From NCBI GenBank assembly GCA_017960565.1, contig JAGCYY010000019.1, positions 1 through 63,954 on the forward strand: a stretch of DNA of 63,954 nucleotides, in the 5' to 3' direction. Position numbers and translations under genes: made by a program. Origin of the DNA: a bacterium (GTDB lineage: Bacteria > Bacillota_I > Bacilli_A > Izemoplasmatales > UBA1188). The notes under the pieces were generated by a model. It was not told the origin of the DNA. It saw only the letters and a program-made list of their open reading frames with translations, and made no database searches. Numbering within the stretch: the first letter of the stretch is position 1; each line of letters begins with the position of its first letter. Below are positions 1 through 8,425 of this stretch, one piece after another.

Positions 1-152
1 ATAGACTAGTCCATCACTGCGAACTAATAAAAATAACTGGGATGTCATATAGAATCAAAGATAAGAATATATTTGATGATGACATTTAAAAACAACATTT
101 TGAGTTGAGCGAAAAAATACAATTTGAGGTTGACTTTTACAATAAAATCTCC

Positions 153-490
153 TTAGTCCCTCTTTCCATACATCTTATCATAATATTTTTAAATATTCTC
201 CAGATGTACATTCATCTAATCAGTCTTTATGTTCTTGATATAATTTAATTGTTTGTTTAATACCATCTTTAAACATAATTGTTGGTTGCCATCCTAGTTC
301 AGCCATTGCTTTGGATGGATCAATTGCATATCTTTGGTCATGACCTTTTCAATCAGTCACATATGCAATTAAAGATTCAGGTTTACACAATTCTTTTAAT
401 ATTATCTTAACTATTTCTATATTTGCTTTTTCGTTATGTCCGCCTAGATTATATACTTCTCCTACTTTTCCTTTTTCAAGTACAGCAAGT
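153..490 (-). pseudogene. rfbB: 3' fragment of a dTDP-glucose 4,6-dehydratase (RfbB-type) gene, copy 1, decayed
   Basis: The minus-strand translation reads [97 protein letters not shown]. This is only the C-terminal ~110 aa of an RfbB-like SDR. It carries two in-frame TGA codons and a +1 shift in an A-run before the final YYDKMYGKRD*. It is clearly alignable by eye to 12978..13310. Confidence 0.8.
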
Positions 491-503
491 ATTTCTTCAA
501 ATA

Positions 504-932
504 TTAGTTTTTCTTGTAATATCTATTAGTGGTACCCTTCCAGTCTATTCTTTTGCCTAAATTGTTAGTAATACCATATCCTTTAATACCATATCTTGAA
601 CAAATATCACATTTAACAACTTTATATTGTTTTTCATTAATAGAAAAATTCGGATAATTATCTGCTTTACTCCTATTATTATCCCAGTGCATAGGTTCAT
701 AGTTATTCATAAAATCTGCATCAGATTCGTTTTCAAAATTAGACCTAGGTCTAATATGATCAACCTCCCATCCATATGAATAACTTTCACCAGTTCCTCC
801 AGGTCTATCATTTCTCTTTGTGGATGTATCGCCATAATCATCTCGATACATCCATATTCCGAAACAATCAGTAGCCCATTTTCTATTTCCGAAAATGTCA
901 TCCCACATTTTTAATGCTTTTTCTTTTTCCAT
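504..932 (-). CDS. Small stand-alone HNH-family endonuclease-like protein (142 aa)
   Basis: HNH-like core [11 protein letters not shown]...[35 protein letters not shown] at 936..942 sits directly upstream of the ATG at 932. The GTG start in the ORF track lies inside that RBS, so I prefer 932. Confidence 0.7.
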   Translation of the reverse strand: MEKEKALKMWDDIFGNRKWATDCFGIWMYRDDYGDTSTKRNDRPGGTGESYSYGWEVDHIRPRSNFENESDADFMNNYEPMHWDNNRSKADNYPNFSINEKQYKVVKCDICSRYGIKGYGITNNLGKRIDWKGTTNRYYKKN

Positions 933-1005
933 AAACACCTCCACTAATCAATTCGTTTGAATAATACTATTGTTAATAAGACTTATTTTCAAAACCACCG
1001 CTATA

Positions 1006-1065
1006 TTAATCTCTTCTAAATAAATCTCTTGTATATACTTTATCTGCTACATCAACTATGTGTTC
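1006..1065 (-). pseudogene. ugd: About 60-nt remnant of a UDP-glucose 6-dehydrogenase 3' end (third ugd copy)
   Basis: The minus-strand reading ..[18 protein letters not shown] matches the C-terminus of the full ugd (..[17 protein letters not shown]). The nucleotide string ttaatctcttctaaataaatctcttgtatatacttta is shared with 13336 onward. An in-frame stop lies just upstream. Confidence 0.7.
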
Positions 1066-1395
1066 CTAATACAAATGGTCCCTCTTGGAGTGAATTTGCG
1101 AAGTTTGCCATATTCATTTGCGTAATTTGTTGTTTTTACCCATTAATCAGATAAAATAGGGTTGAAAATAGGCATTTTCGGGTCCAACACTACTCATCTA
1201 AATTTTAGCATGAAAATAAAAAACGATTCTGGATTTTACCTAAAACTACAGTACTTTTATTTGTGTTCATCAACTCAAAGGACTTCCAATTGGGTAGATG
1301 CCATCTACCTACTATCTACCTTTCATTGGAAAGAGCCTTTACTTAACCAAATACACTTCCATTTATTATTCTAGCCTATTTACTTGCCTATATAA

Positions 1396-2022
1396 CTAAC
1401 ATATTTTATTGTTGCAACAATATCCCAGTTCCATGCACAACAGACTCAACTGACAACATATTTTTGATAAAATAATATCCATATTTAAAGCATCAACCAA
1501 TCCTTCAGCTTTTGTTCCTTTTGAATAGATTTTATTCCCATCTTTATACATTTGTTTAAGCAAATCTAAACTCTCCTTTTGTGGAATTTTATACTTTTTG
1601 CCTAATTTTAAAAGTTTGATAATGCCTTGAATATCTATCAAAAAGAAATCTTCAATCATATCATCAGCCACAATCTCAATTATTTTTGAAGCACCACAAT
1701 CATAAAAATCTTTTTTCATTTTGTCTCTGTTAATTGGAGGGTTTGTATTAGTTTTTTTAAAAACATCTTTATCATAACAAAAACAAACTATTTTCTCATA
1801 TTTTGAGTACTCAGAATTGTTACATATTTCGATTTTGAATTTAGCTAGCATTTTTCTGTGCAAATTTCCTATGCCATCAGCACACATATATTTTATTTCA
1901 TTAAAATTAAATTTCTTGCACTTATTTTTGGCTTTTGTGTAGTTAATTACTCGTTTATAGAATTCTTCATCCGTTGGGCCTTCGGTAACTACAATTAGAA
2001 TTCTTTTATTATCACTAATCAT
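1396..2022 (-). CDS. TOPRIM/RloB-like (AbiLii / AriB-like) putative nuclease partner of the upstream ATPase
   Basis: N-terminal RILIVVTEGPTDEEFYKRV (EGxTE/D TOPRIM glutamate motif of RloB/DUF4435 proteins). A later VCFCYDKDVF acidic motif is also present. The start overlaps the ATPase stop by 8 nt. Confidence 0.6.
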   Translation of the reverse strand: MISDNKRILIVVTEGPTDEEFYKRVINYTKAKNKCKKFNFNEIKYMCADGIGNLHRKMLAKFKIEICNNSEYSKYEKIVCFCYDKDVFKKTNTNPPINRDKMKKDFYDCGASKIIEIVADDMIEDFFLIDIQGIIKLLKLGKKYKIPQKESLDLLKQMYKDGNKIYSKGTKAEGLVDALNMDIILSKICCQLSLLCMELGYCCNNKIC

Positions 2023-3307
2023 TCTCTAAATATTTTTTTACAAGATCTAAATCAAATTCATCATATCCGCTTACTACAGAGAATAAATATTCGCCCGTTT
2101 GAACTCCCATTTCTTCAGCGTAATCAATAATTTTGTTAATTCCTTTATTGGAAATGCTTTTAAAAATCGCTCTTCCATCACTAGTTGGCTCGCCAATATA
2201 TAAATTCTTTAAGTCGATATAATTGATTAAATATGGTGAATGACTTGTAATAATCACTTTAGAATATTCCATAAACCCATCAATTACATCAATATACTTT
2301 TTTAATAAACCAGGATGAACAGAATTTTCTGGTTCCTCAATTCCAATTAAAGGAACTCCCTTAATATCAGCTAATGTCATATAAGTTAATAATGATAGTA
2401 TTCTCTTTACACCATCAGACATATAATTAAATGGAATTGTTTTGGCCATATACTTGTCATTAACATACAAAGTATAAATGTAATCAGCAAGTTCAAATGG
2501 AGAATTTTCATCAATATTAACTTTTAGGTTTTTTTCTGCTAAATTAATCTCCTTTATTTTAACATCATTAATATATGGAAAGAAATCCATTAATGTATTA
2601 ATAATCAGTTCATACTTATTCTTGTGTTCTTTTTTTAAATAGTATAAAGTGCGAGCAATATTGTTATCAGAATAAAGTGAAAGATTATCATTATTTTTTT
2701 GGATAATAGGAACTGCATCAAATAACTCCCTTGCATCAAAGTGTCTATCCACGAAAATATTCAATTCATTTATGCTGCTTACAACATCAAGATAGAATAA
2801 ATCATCGAAAGCACTAATTTTATTAATAATTAATTCACTATCATTTATAATAATATCTTTATCGCATCTTCCTTTTGGGGCGGATTGATATTTTGCAGAT
2901 TCAGTTGTTCTATCTATAAAAGTTGCAAATTTTTGGCTATCATTTTGTTTTACTTTCAAGTATTCAGCAACAATAACTCCTGGTTGCTTAGAATTTTTTG
3001 CCCAGGCAAATTCATATCCATATTTAACTATCTTAGTTTCATCTGAAAAACATTCAAAAACAATTTCAAATCTAAAATTTTTTCCAAAATCAGTTATATT
3101 CAGTGGAAGTCCAGGCTTCCAACTCATCATATTTTTCTTATCGTTTGATGAAGCAGATATAAAATCAAAACCAAAATTAATAGAAGTCAAAACATTTGAT
3201 TTGCCATAGTTATTTGAAGACAAAAAAGTATTAATTTTATTCAAATTAATAGTTAATTCATGAATATTTTTAAAACCATCGACACATAAATTCTTAATAT
3301 TAATCAT
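2015..3307 (-). CDS. ABC/SMC-like AAA_15/AAA_21 ATPase (OLD/AriA/AbiLi-like), 430 aa
   Basis: N-terminal P-loop NNYGKSNVL. C-terminal MSDGVKRILSLL (signature-like), LIGIEEPENSVHP (Walker B/D-loop) and VIITSHSPYLI (H-loop). A GAGAGGAG RBS precedes the start. Confidence 0.75.
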   Translation of the reverse strand: MINIKNLCVDGFKNIHELTINLNKINTFLSSNNYGKSNVLTSINFGFDFISASSNDKKNMMSWKPGLPLNITDFGKNFRFEIVFECFSDETKIVKYGYEFAWAKNSKQPGVIVAEYLKVKQNDSQKFATFIDRTTESAKYQSAPKGRCDKDIIINDSELIINKISAFDDLFYLDVVSSINELNIFVDRHFDARELFDAVPIIQKNNDNLSLYSDNNIARTLYYLKKEHKNKYELIINTLMDFFPYINDVKIKEINLAEKNLKVNIDENSPFELADYIYTLYVNDKYMAKTIPFNYMSDGVKRILSLLTYMTLADIKGVPLIGIEEPENSVHPGLLKKYIDVIDGFMEYSKVIITSHSPYLINYIDLKNLYIGEPTSDGRAIFKSISNKGINKIIDYAEEMGVQTGEYLFSVVSGYDEFDLDLVKKYLEND

Positions 3308-3341
3308 TTTCCATTACTCCTCTCATGATTAAGATGTTTAT

Positions 3342-3370
3342 ATAATAGCATTTTTTAAAATAAAACGCAA
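3342..3370 (-). promoter_or_regulatory. Candidate sigma-A promoter for the 2015..3307 ATPase pair
   Basis: On the minus strand: TTGCGT (3365..3370), a 17-nt spacer, then TGcTATTAT extended -10 (3342..3350). This is about 35 nt upstream of the ATG. The -35 lies in the terminator stem of the upstream operon. Confidence 0.35.
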
Positions 3371-3389
3371 GATGTTTTTGCGTTTTTTT
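3362..3389 (-). terminator. Hairpin terminator downstream of the fnl operon (roughly bidirectional)
   Basis: AAACGCAA-gatgttt-TTGCGTTT stem-loop flanked by T/A runs on both strands, in the 360-nt gap after fnlB. Confidence 0.45.
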
Positions 3390-3665
3390 AAACTTCATAT
3401 ATTTTTTATATTTGTTTTCTAATAAATACGCACATTATTTATGCGTTTAAAATTTTACTTTAATACCAAATATCTTTTCAAATTGTGTTAATAAAAGTCG
3501 TTAAATGATTGGTTATAACTTTTTATAGTATATCAACATTATCTTGTTTTGTTTGTATACTATTATACATTTCTTAACAATATTCGAAATAACAATCGTC
3601 AATGCATTCTTTTATCCATTCAGTACTGCTTTCAATCTCTTCTTTATCTATTTTGTATATTATTA

Positions 3666-4859
3666 TTAAACTATTTCAAAGAATGTATCAGGTTTATCTT
3701 TATTAAATATCTCGTTAGAAGTCATTACTGTAACTAGGTTTTCAGTATTAGATAAATTAATGATATTATGAGTCCATCCTGGGATCATATATACAGCCTC
3801 AATTTTATCTCCTGATACTTCAAACTCTACAAATTCATTAGTATTGATATTTCTTTCTTGAATTAATCCATGACCAGATACTACTATGAATTGTTCCCAT
3901 TTAGAATTATGCCAGTGATTACCTTTAGTTATTCCTGGTTTAGATATATTTATAGATACTTGTCCACAATCTAATGTGTGGACAAGTTCAGTGAAGCTTC
4001 CTCTCTCATCAACATTCATTTTTAATGAATATTTAAATTTATCTTTTGGTAAATAAGATAAATATAATGAGAATAACTTCTTCGCAAAACTACCATTAGG
4101 CATTTTAGGCATAAGTAGTGTTATTGGTTGAGTTTTAAATTCTTCTAATAAATCAACTATTTCACCAAGTGTTACTTTATGTGTTACTGGTATAGTACAG
4201 TATTTACCAGTATCAGTTAAAACTGTTTCTATTCCATTAAATTCACAGTGTTTTTCTTTTCCTTCTAAAAGATCAAACATTCCTTCTACTAAATCATCTA
4301 TATATAATAGTTCTAATTCAGTATTTCTATCATTAACTGTGAATTCTTCATCATTAGCAATTGCATAACAAAATGTAGATACAGCACTATTATATCTTGG
4401 TTTGCTATGGCCCATTAAATTTGGAAATCTATATACATATACATTAACATTATTATTCTTTCCATATTCAAAGAATAATTCTTCACCAGCAAGTTTACTC
4501 CTTCCATATAAGCTTTCCCCAAATCTACCGGAAAGAGTTGCTTGAATGGATGATGAAAGCATAATAGGAGCTTTATTATTATGCTTTTTAAGTGTATCTA
4601 ATAGGATAGATGCAAAACCAAAATTACCTTTCATAAAATCTTCTTTATTATCTGGTCTATTGACCCCAGCAAGGTTAAAGACGAAATCTGCCTTAGAGCA
4701 GAATTCGTCTAGTTTATTTTCATCTCCCAAATCATATTCCATTATTTCATCTATATGAATGTTTGGTCTAGTTTTGTTTTTGCCATTTCTTATGTTTTTA
4801 AGATTATTAACTAAAGCTGTACCAACCATTCCTTTTGAACCAGTTACTAGAATGTTCAT
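3666..4859 (-). CDS. fnlB: CapF/FnlB-type bifunctional reductase/epimerase (N-terminal SDR + C-terminal cupin) of the UDP-L-FucNAc pathway
   Basis: MNILVTGSKGMVGTAL Rossmann start. The C-terminal part ..DERGSFTEL..GNHWHNSKWEQFIVVSG.. is cupin-like. It is adjacent to fnlC and fnlA homologues. Confidence 0.8.
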   Translation of the reverse strand: MNILVTGSKGMVGTALVNNLKNIRNGKNKTRPNIHIDEIMEYDLGDENKLDEFCSKADFVFNLAGVNRPDNKEDFMKGNFGFASILLDTLKKHNNKAPIMLSSSIQATLSGRFGESLYGRSKLAGEELFFEYGKNNNVNVYVYRFPNLMGHSKPRYNSAVSTFCYAIANDEEFTVNDRNTELELLYIDDLVEGMFDLLEGKEKHCEFNGIETVLTDTGKYCTIPVTHKVTLGEIVDLLEEFKTQPITLLMPKMPNGSFAKKLFSLYLSYLPKDKFKYSLKMNVDERGSFTELVHTLDCGQVSINISKPGITKGNHWHNSKWEQFIVVSGHGLIQERNINTNEFVEFEVSGDKIEAVYMIPGWTHNIINLSNTENLVTVMTSNEIFNKDKPDTFFEIV

Positions 4860-4863
4860 AATA

Positions 4864-6018
4864 TTATTCTTTTCTCCAAACCATTCTATTAACTATATTA
4901 GTATATGATTGAATAATCCTTACTACTTTCATTGATACGTTAGTATCAGTGTAATCTGGACAAGGTTTACCAAGCACATTATTTCTCTTCATTTCTATTG
5001 CCATTTCAGTTGCTTGAAGAAGTTCTTTTTCTGTTATTCCAGCAATTATGAAATCTCCTGCTTCTATTGCTTCGGGACGTTCAGTTGAAGTTCTAATACA
5101 TACTGCAGCAATAGGATGATTAATAGATAGATAGAAACTACTTTCTTCTGGAAGTGTTCCAGAATCACTTACTACTGCAAGAGCGTTCATTTGAAGGTTA
5201 TTATAATCATTGAATCCTAGAGGTTCATTAACTCTTACTCTAGGATCTAATTTAAATCCTGTTTCTTCTAATTTCTTTTTACTTCTTGGATGACATGAAT
5301 ATAGAATTGGCACATTATACTTTTCAGCAAGAGAATTAATAGAATTAAAAAGATTATTAAAATTCTTTATAGTATCTAGATTTTCTTCTCTATGTGCTGA
5401 AAGAAGGATGTATCCATCTTTCTTTAATCCTAATCTTTTTAACACATCACTATTTTTAATTTTATCTAAATTCATTGAAAGAACTTCTGCCATAGGCGAA
5501 CCTGTGACATAAGTTCTTTCTTTTGGCATACCACATTCTATTAGATAACGCCTTGCAGCTTCACTATATGGAAGATTAACATCTGATATAATATCTACTA
5601 TTCTTCTATTAGTTTCTTCTGGAAGGCATTCATCTTTGCATCTATTACCAGCTTCCATATGAAATACTGGGATATGAAGACGTTTTGCATTAATTGCAGA
5701 TAGGCAGGAATTAGTATCACCTAAAACTAATACTGCTTCTGGTTTTAGGTCTACCATTAAATCATATGTTTGGCTTATGATATTAGCACATGTTTCACCT
5801 AAGTTTTTACCAGCAACATTTAATAATACGTCCGGTCCACCTAAATCAAAATCTTCCCAGAAAACAGTAGATAATTGTTTATCATAATTTTGATTTGTAT
5901 AACAAATGATTGTATCTAAATATTCTTTAGATCTTTTCATTACAGCAGCAAGTCTTATTATTTCAGGTCTAGTACCACATATTATTAATAATTTAGTTTT
6001 ACCATTTTCTTTCCACAT
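4864..6018 (-). CDS. fnlC: Non-hydrolysing UDP-N-acetylglucosamine 2-epimerase (CapG/FnlC-type)
   Basis: LLIICGTRPEIIRLA.., VLVLGDTNS.., HMEAGNR.., VSDSGTLPEES are typical WecB/CapG family motifs. Confidence 0.85.
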   Translation of the reverse strand: MWKENGKTKLLIICGTRPEIIRLAAVMKRSKEYLDTIICYTNQNYDKQLSTVFWEDFDLGGPDVLLNVAGKNLGETCANIISQTYDLMVDLKPEAVLVLGDTNSCLSAINAKRLHIPVFHMEAGNRCKDECLPEETNRRIVDIISDVNLPYSEAARRYLIECGMPKERTYVTGSPMAEVLSMNLDKIKNSDVLKRLGLKKDGYILLSAHREENLDTIKNFNNLFNSINSLAEKYNVPILYSCHPRSKKKLEETGFKLDPRVRVNEPLGFNDYNNLQMNALAVVSDSGTLPEESSFYLSINHPIAAVCIRTSTERPEAIEAGDFIIAGITEKELLQATEMAIEMKRNNVLGKPCPDYTDTNVSMKVVRIIQSYTNIVNRMVWRKE

Positions 6019-6019
6019 A

Positions 6020-6463
6020 TTATTTGTCCTCCTTTTTATTAAGCAATTCTATAAAATACTCTTTTGATATCCATTTTTTGCGATATATTTCCTCATTTAT
6101 AGTAATTGTTTTTAAACTACCATTTAGATACATATCAAGTCTATACTTTAAACACTCGTCATCGAGTTGCATTATTTTCATTCCATATTGTCCTCGATGC
6201 TGATTATAATGTTTAATGGTTTCAAACATTGCCCAATATTTTTCAATAATTTCTTCATTTAAACGAGTGTTATGTTTTTTGCACTGTGAAATAAAATAAT
6301 CCTTATTAAACCATTTTTTACCGCTAGTTTTTTTGTATAAAAGCACATCATCAACAAAAATATAAAACCTTTTCATATCCAAAGGATGGCAACTTTCTGG
6401 ACTGCTTTTTATCCAAGACATAAAGTCTATTTCAATTGGATTAATTCTTCTTACCAAAATCAT
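6020..6463 (-). CDS. Hypothetical 147-aa protein wedged between fnlA and fnlC
   Basis: The ORF is packed with 4-nt and 1-nt gaps to its neighbours. I recognise no motif. The sequence is basic and Lys/Tyr-rich. Confidence 0.55.
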   Translation of the reverse strand: MILVRRINPIEIDFMSWIKSSPESCHPLDMKRFYIFVDDVLLYKKTSGKKWFNKDYFISQCKKHNTRLNEEIIEKYWAMFETIKHYNQHRGQYGMKIMQLDDECLKYRLDMYLNGSLKTITINEEIYRKKWISKEYFIELLNKKEDK

Positions 6464-6467
6464 AAAA

Positions 6468-7670
6468 CTATTCCATAATTCTTTCCTTAATATATGATAA
6501 TTCCATTATCTTTTCTTTAGTTTCTTTTAAATTAAGTATTCTAGTATTATTTGAATTGAATTCTTCAATAGTAGCTCTCTTTGTATCACCTTCTATGAAA
6601 TACTTATCATAGTTTAAGCCTCTATTATCAGCTGGTACTCTATAGAAATTACCCATATCAATAGCTTTAGCACATTCTTCTTTAGTGAGGAGTGTTTCAT
6701 ACATCTTTTCACCATGTCTAATACCTATCACTTTAATATCTGATTTTTTGCCACCAAAGAGTTCACATACTGCTTCAGCTTGTGTTCTAATAGTACAAGC
6801 TGGAGCTTTTTGAATTAATAGATCTCCATTTTGCCCATTTCTAAAGGCAAATAAAACAAGATCAACTGCTTCATCTAATGACATGATGAATCTTGTCATA
6901 GATGGTTCAGTTAATGTAATAGGATTGCCTTGTTTTATTTGATCTATCCATAGAGGTATTACAGATCCTCTAGAACACATTACATTTCCATATCTAGTAC
7001 AGCATATTCTTGTGTTGCCACTATTCCTACTCTTAGCAATAGCTACTTTTTCTTCTAATGCTTTAGAAATTCCCATGGCATTTATTGGATAAGCTGCCTT
7101 ATCTGTAGATAGACAGATAACGCATTTAACATTAGCATCTATGGCAGCAGTTAATACATTGTCAGTACCAATTACATTGGTTCTGACTGCTTCCATTGGG
7201 AAGAATTCACACGATGGAACTTGTTTAAGTGCAGCAGCATGGAAGATATAGTCTACTCCAGGCATTACACCTCTACAAGATTCAAGGCTTCTTACGTCTC
7301 CTATATAGAATTTTACTTTAGAAGCATGTTCTGGATATTTTACTTGTAGTTCATGACGAAGATCATCTTGTTTCTTTTCGTCACGAGAGAATATTCTTAT
7401 CTCAGCAAGTTCACTATCAATAAATCTTTTTAATACTGCACCACCAAATGAGCCAGTACCACCAGTTATTAGTAATACTTTATCTTTCAAGATATTAACA
7501 TCTTTATCAGCATATTCTTCTAATATTTCTTTTATTCTTTGTAGTTTTAATTGATCAGCTGAATCTTCATCTTTTTCATAAGCACAATAAGTTCTTAGTG
7601 ATGTATGAGAGATATTCGCAGCATCTTTTTGGGTTAAACTACATTTATTTCTTAATTCTTTTAATGTCAT
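6468..7670 (-). CDS. fnlA: UDP-GlcNAc 4,6-dehydratase/5-epimerase (CapE/FnlA-type) with an N-terminal XRE-type HTH extension
   Basis: The core LLITGGTGSFGG..RIFSRDEKKQDD..FHAAALKQVPSCEFFP..CLSTDKAAYPINAMGISKA..TRYGNVMCSRGSVIP is near-canonical CapE. About 60 extra N-terminal residues read MTLKELRNKCSLTQKDAANISHTSLRTYCAYEKDE (HTH_3-like). The start is set at the ATG at 7670, which has a GGAGG RBS. The longer track ORF is an upstream read-through. Confidence 0.85.
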   Translation of the reverse strand: MTLKELRNKCSLTQKDAANISHTSLRTYCAYEKDEDSADQLKLQRIKEILEEYADKDVNILKDKVLLITGGTGSFGGAVLKRFIDSELAEIRIFSRDEKKQDDLRHELQVKYPEHASKVKFYIGDVRSLESCRGVMPGVDYIFHAAALKQVPSCEFFPMEAVRTNVIGTDNVLTAAIDANVKCVICLSTDKAAYPINAMGISKALEEKVAIAKSRNSGNTRICCTRYGNVMCSRGSVIPLWIDQIKQGNPITLTEPSMTRFIMSLDEAVDLVLFAFRNGQNGDLLIQKAPACTIRTQAEAVCELFGGKKSDIKVIGIRHGEKMYETLLTKEECAKAIDMGNFYRVPADNRGLNYDKYFIEGDTKRATIEEFNSNNTRILNLKETKEKIMELSYIKERIME

Positions 7671-7678
7671 AATAAAAA

Positions 7679-7700
7679 CCTCCGAAACGTATTCCGGAGG
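7679..7700 (-). promoter_or_regulatory. Hairpin that pairs the fnlA RBS (GGAGG) with an upstream CCUCC
   Basis: The minus strand reads CCTCCG-gaatacgttt-CGGAGG followed by TTTTTATT and the ATG. The 3' stem arm is the only Shine-Dalgarno for fnlA. Confidence 0.5.
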
Positions 7701-7851
7701 TATTATAATATAAATATGCAATAATTGCAAGTTATATTTTATATAAACAACAATATTATGAATTTATAGTGATAATTATAAGCAATTTTAGCAATTATTT
7801 TTTGATATTAATAAAATATAGTCTTTTGAAGCTGAATAAATATAATTGATA

Positions 7852-8424
7852 TTATACCAACGATAAACAATACTCTACAAATTCATCCATATTTGTACTA
7901 TTAACAAGTTCAAGTTTCTTTTTAAATAATTCAATTTCATTGTATGAATTCATTGACAATATACCTTTATTGATTGGAAACGCTTTAAAATAATATGTCC
8001 CTTTAATATTATCTTTAATCATTGTTGTCATTATTTTTGCCTTATGTAAGACATTTTCAAGTTTTGGAGAATTATAGATGGGATAAATATAGTCATACAA
8101 TGGGTGTGCTTTAAACATTGATTTATCCAAAAAACTATTTTTTTCTTTCTCTGTGCAATCATCAGTATCCATTATAATAAATAATTTAAAATTTACTAGT
8201 TTCTTGTTTTTATATTCAATACCACATCTATCAGCAAACGTTTTTAGTGATTTAAATTGTTTAATAAAATTTAATACACTTGTTATTTGTATCGAGCTTT
8301 GCCCTTTATTATTCGAAAAAATTTCTAATTTCAAATGAAGATTTGATTTTATATATGATACTATACGACGTTCAGAAAGCCCATGGCATATAACGGCACA
8401 CCTGCAATATTTTAGATCTCTCAT
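7852..8424 (-). CDS. Divergent TOPRIM/RloB-like small partner protein (190 aa)
   Basis: N-terminal CAVICHGLSERRIVSYIK sits where RloB/OLD TOPRIMs have EGxTE. FIIMDTDDC is a DxD-type acidic motif. The start lies 1 nt after the ATPase stop. Confidence 0.5.
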   Translation of the reverse strand: MRDLKYCRCAVICHGLSERRIVSYIKSNLHLKLEIFSNNKGQSSIQITSVLNFIKQFKSLKTFADRCGIEYKNKKLVNFKLFIIMDTDDCTEKEKNSFLDKSMFKAHPLYDYIYPIYNSPKLENVLHKAKIMTTMIKDNIKGTYYFKAFPINKGILSMNSYNEIELFKKKLELVNSTNMDEFVEYCLSLV

Positions 8425-8425
8425 A

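Noticed and set aside
3-25. The motif AGACTAGTCC(C)ATC is shared between the window start and 20309..20323, downstream of glf. It could mark the ends of a mobile element.
   Set aside because: The match is only ~13 nt with an indel. Matches of this length are expected many times by chance in a 64-kb two-strand comparison. There is no extended similarity or inverted-repeat structure around either site.
153-490. The two in-frame TGA codons in the rfbB fragment might mean TGA=Trp (Mollicutes code 4). One of them sits where the other copy has Trp (KDW/MDW).
   Set aside because: The other TGA sits at an Arg position (VTDRKGH in copy 2). The fragment also has a frameshift and lacks its N-terminal half. 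Intact genes use TGG for Trp throughout, and several end in TGA (the STAND gene at 10453, yidD at 53774). The fragment is therefore a decayed pseudogene under the standard code.
1162-1374. A 70-aa plus-strand ORF in the 1066..1395 gap, and a 62-aa ORF at 3549..3737.
   Set aside because: Neither has an RBS or a recognisable motif. The starts are non-ATG or poorly placed. The second runs into the 3' end of fnlB on the opposite strand.
3560-3665. The minus-strand reading ..IESSTEWIKECIDDCYFEYC* just after fnlB faintly recalls the rfbB C-terminus (..MDWMKECTSGNYKEYYEK..). It could be a third rfbB scar.
   Set aside because: Only a WxKEC pentapeptide and a few aromatic residues match. There is no nucleotide-level similarity to the two clear copies by eye. 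The match is too short to call.
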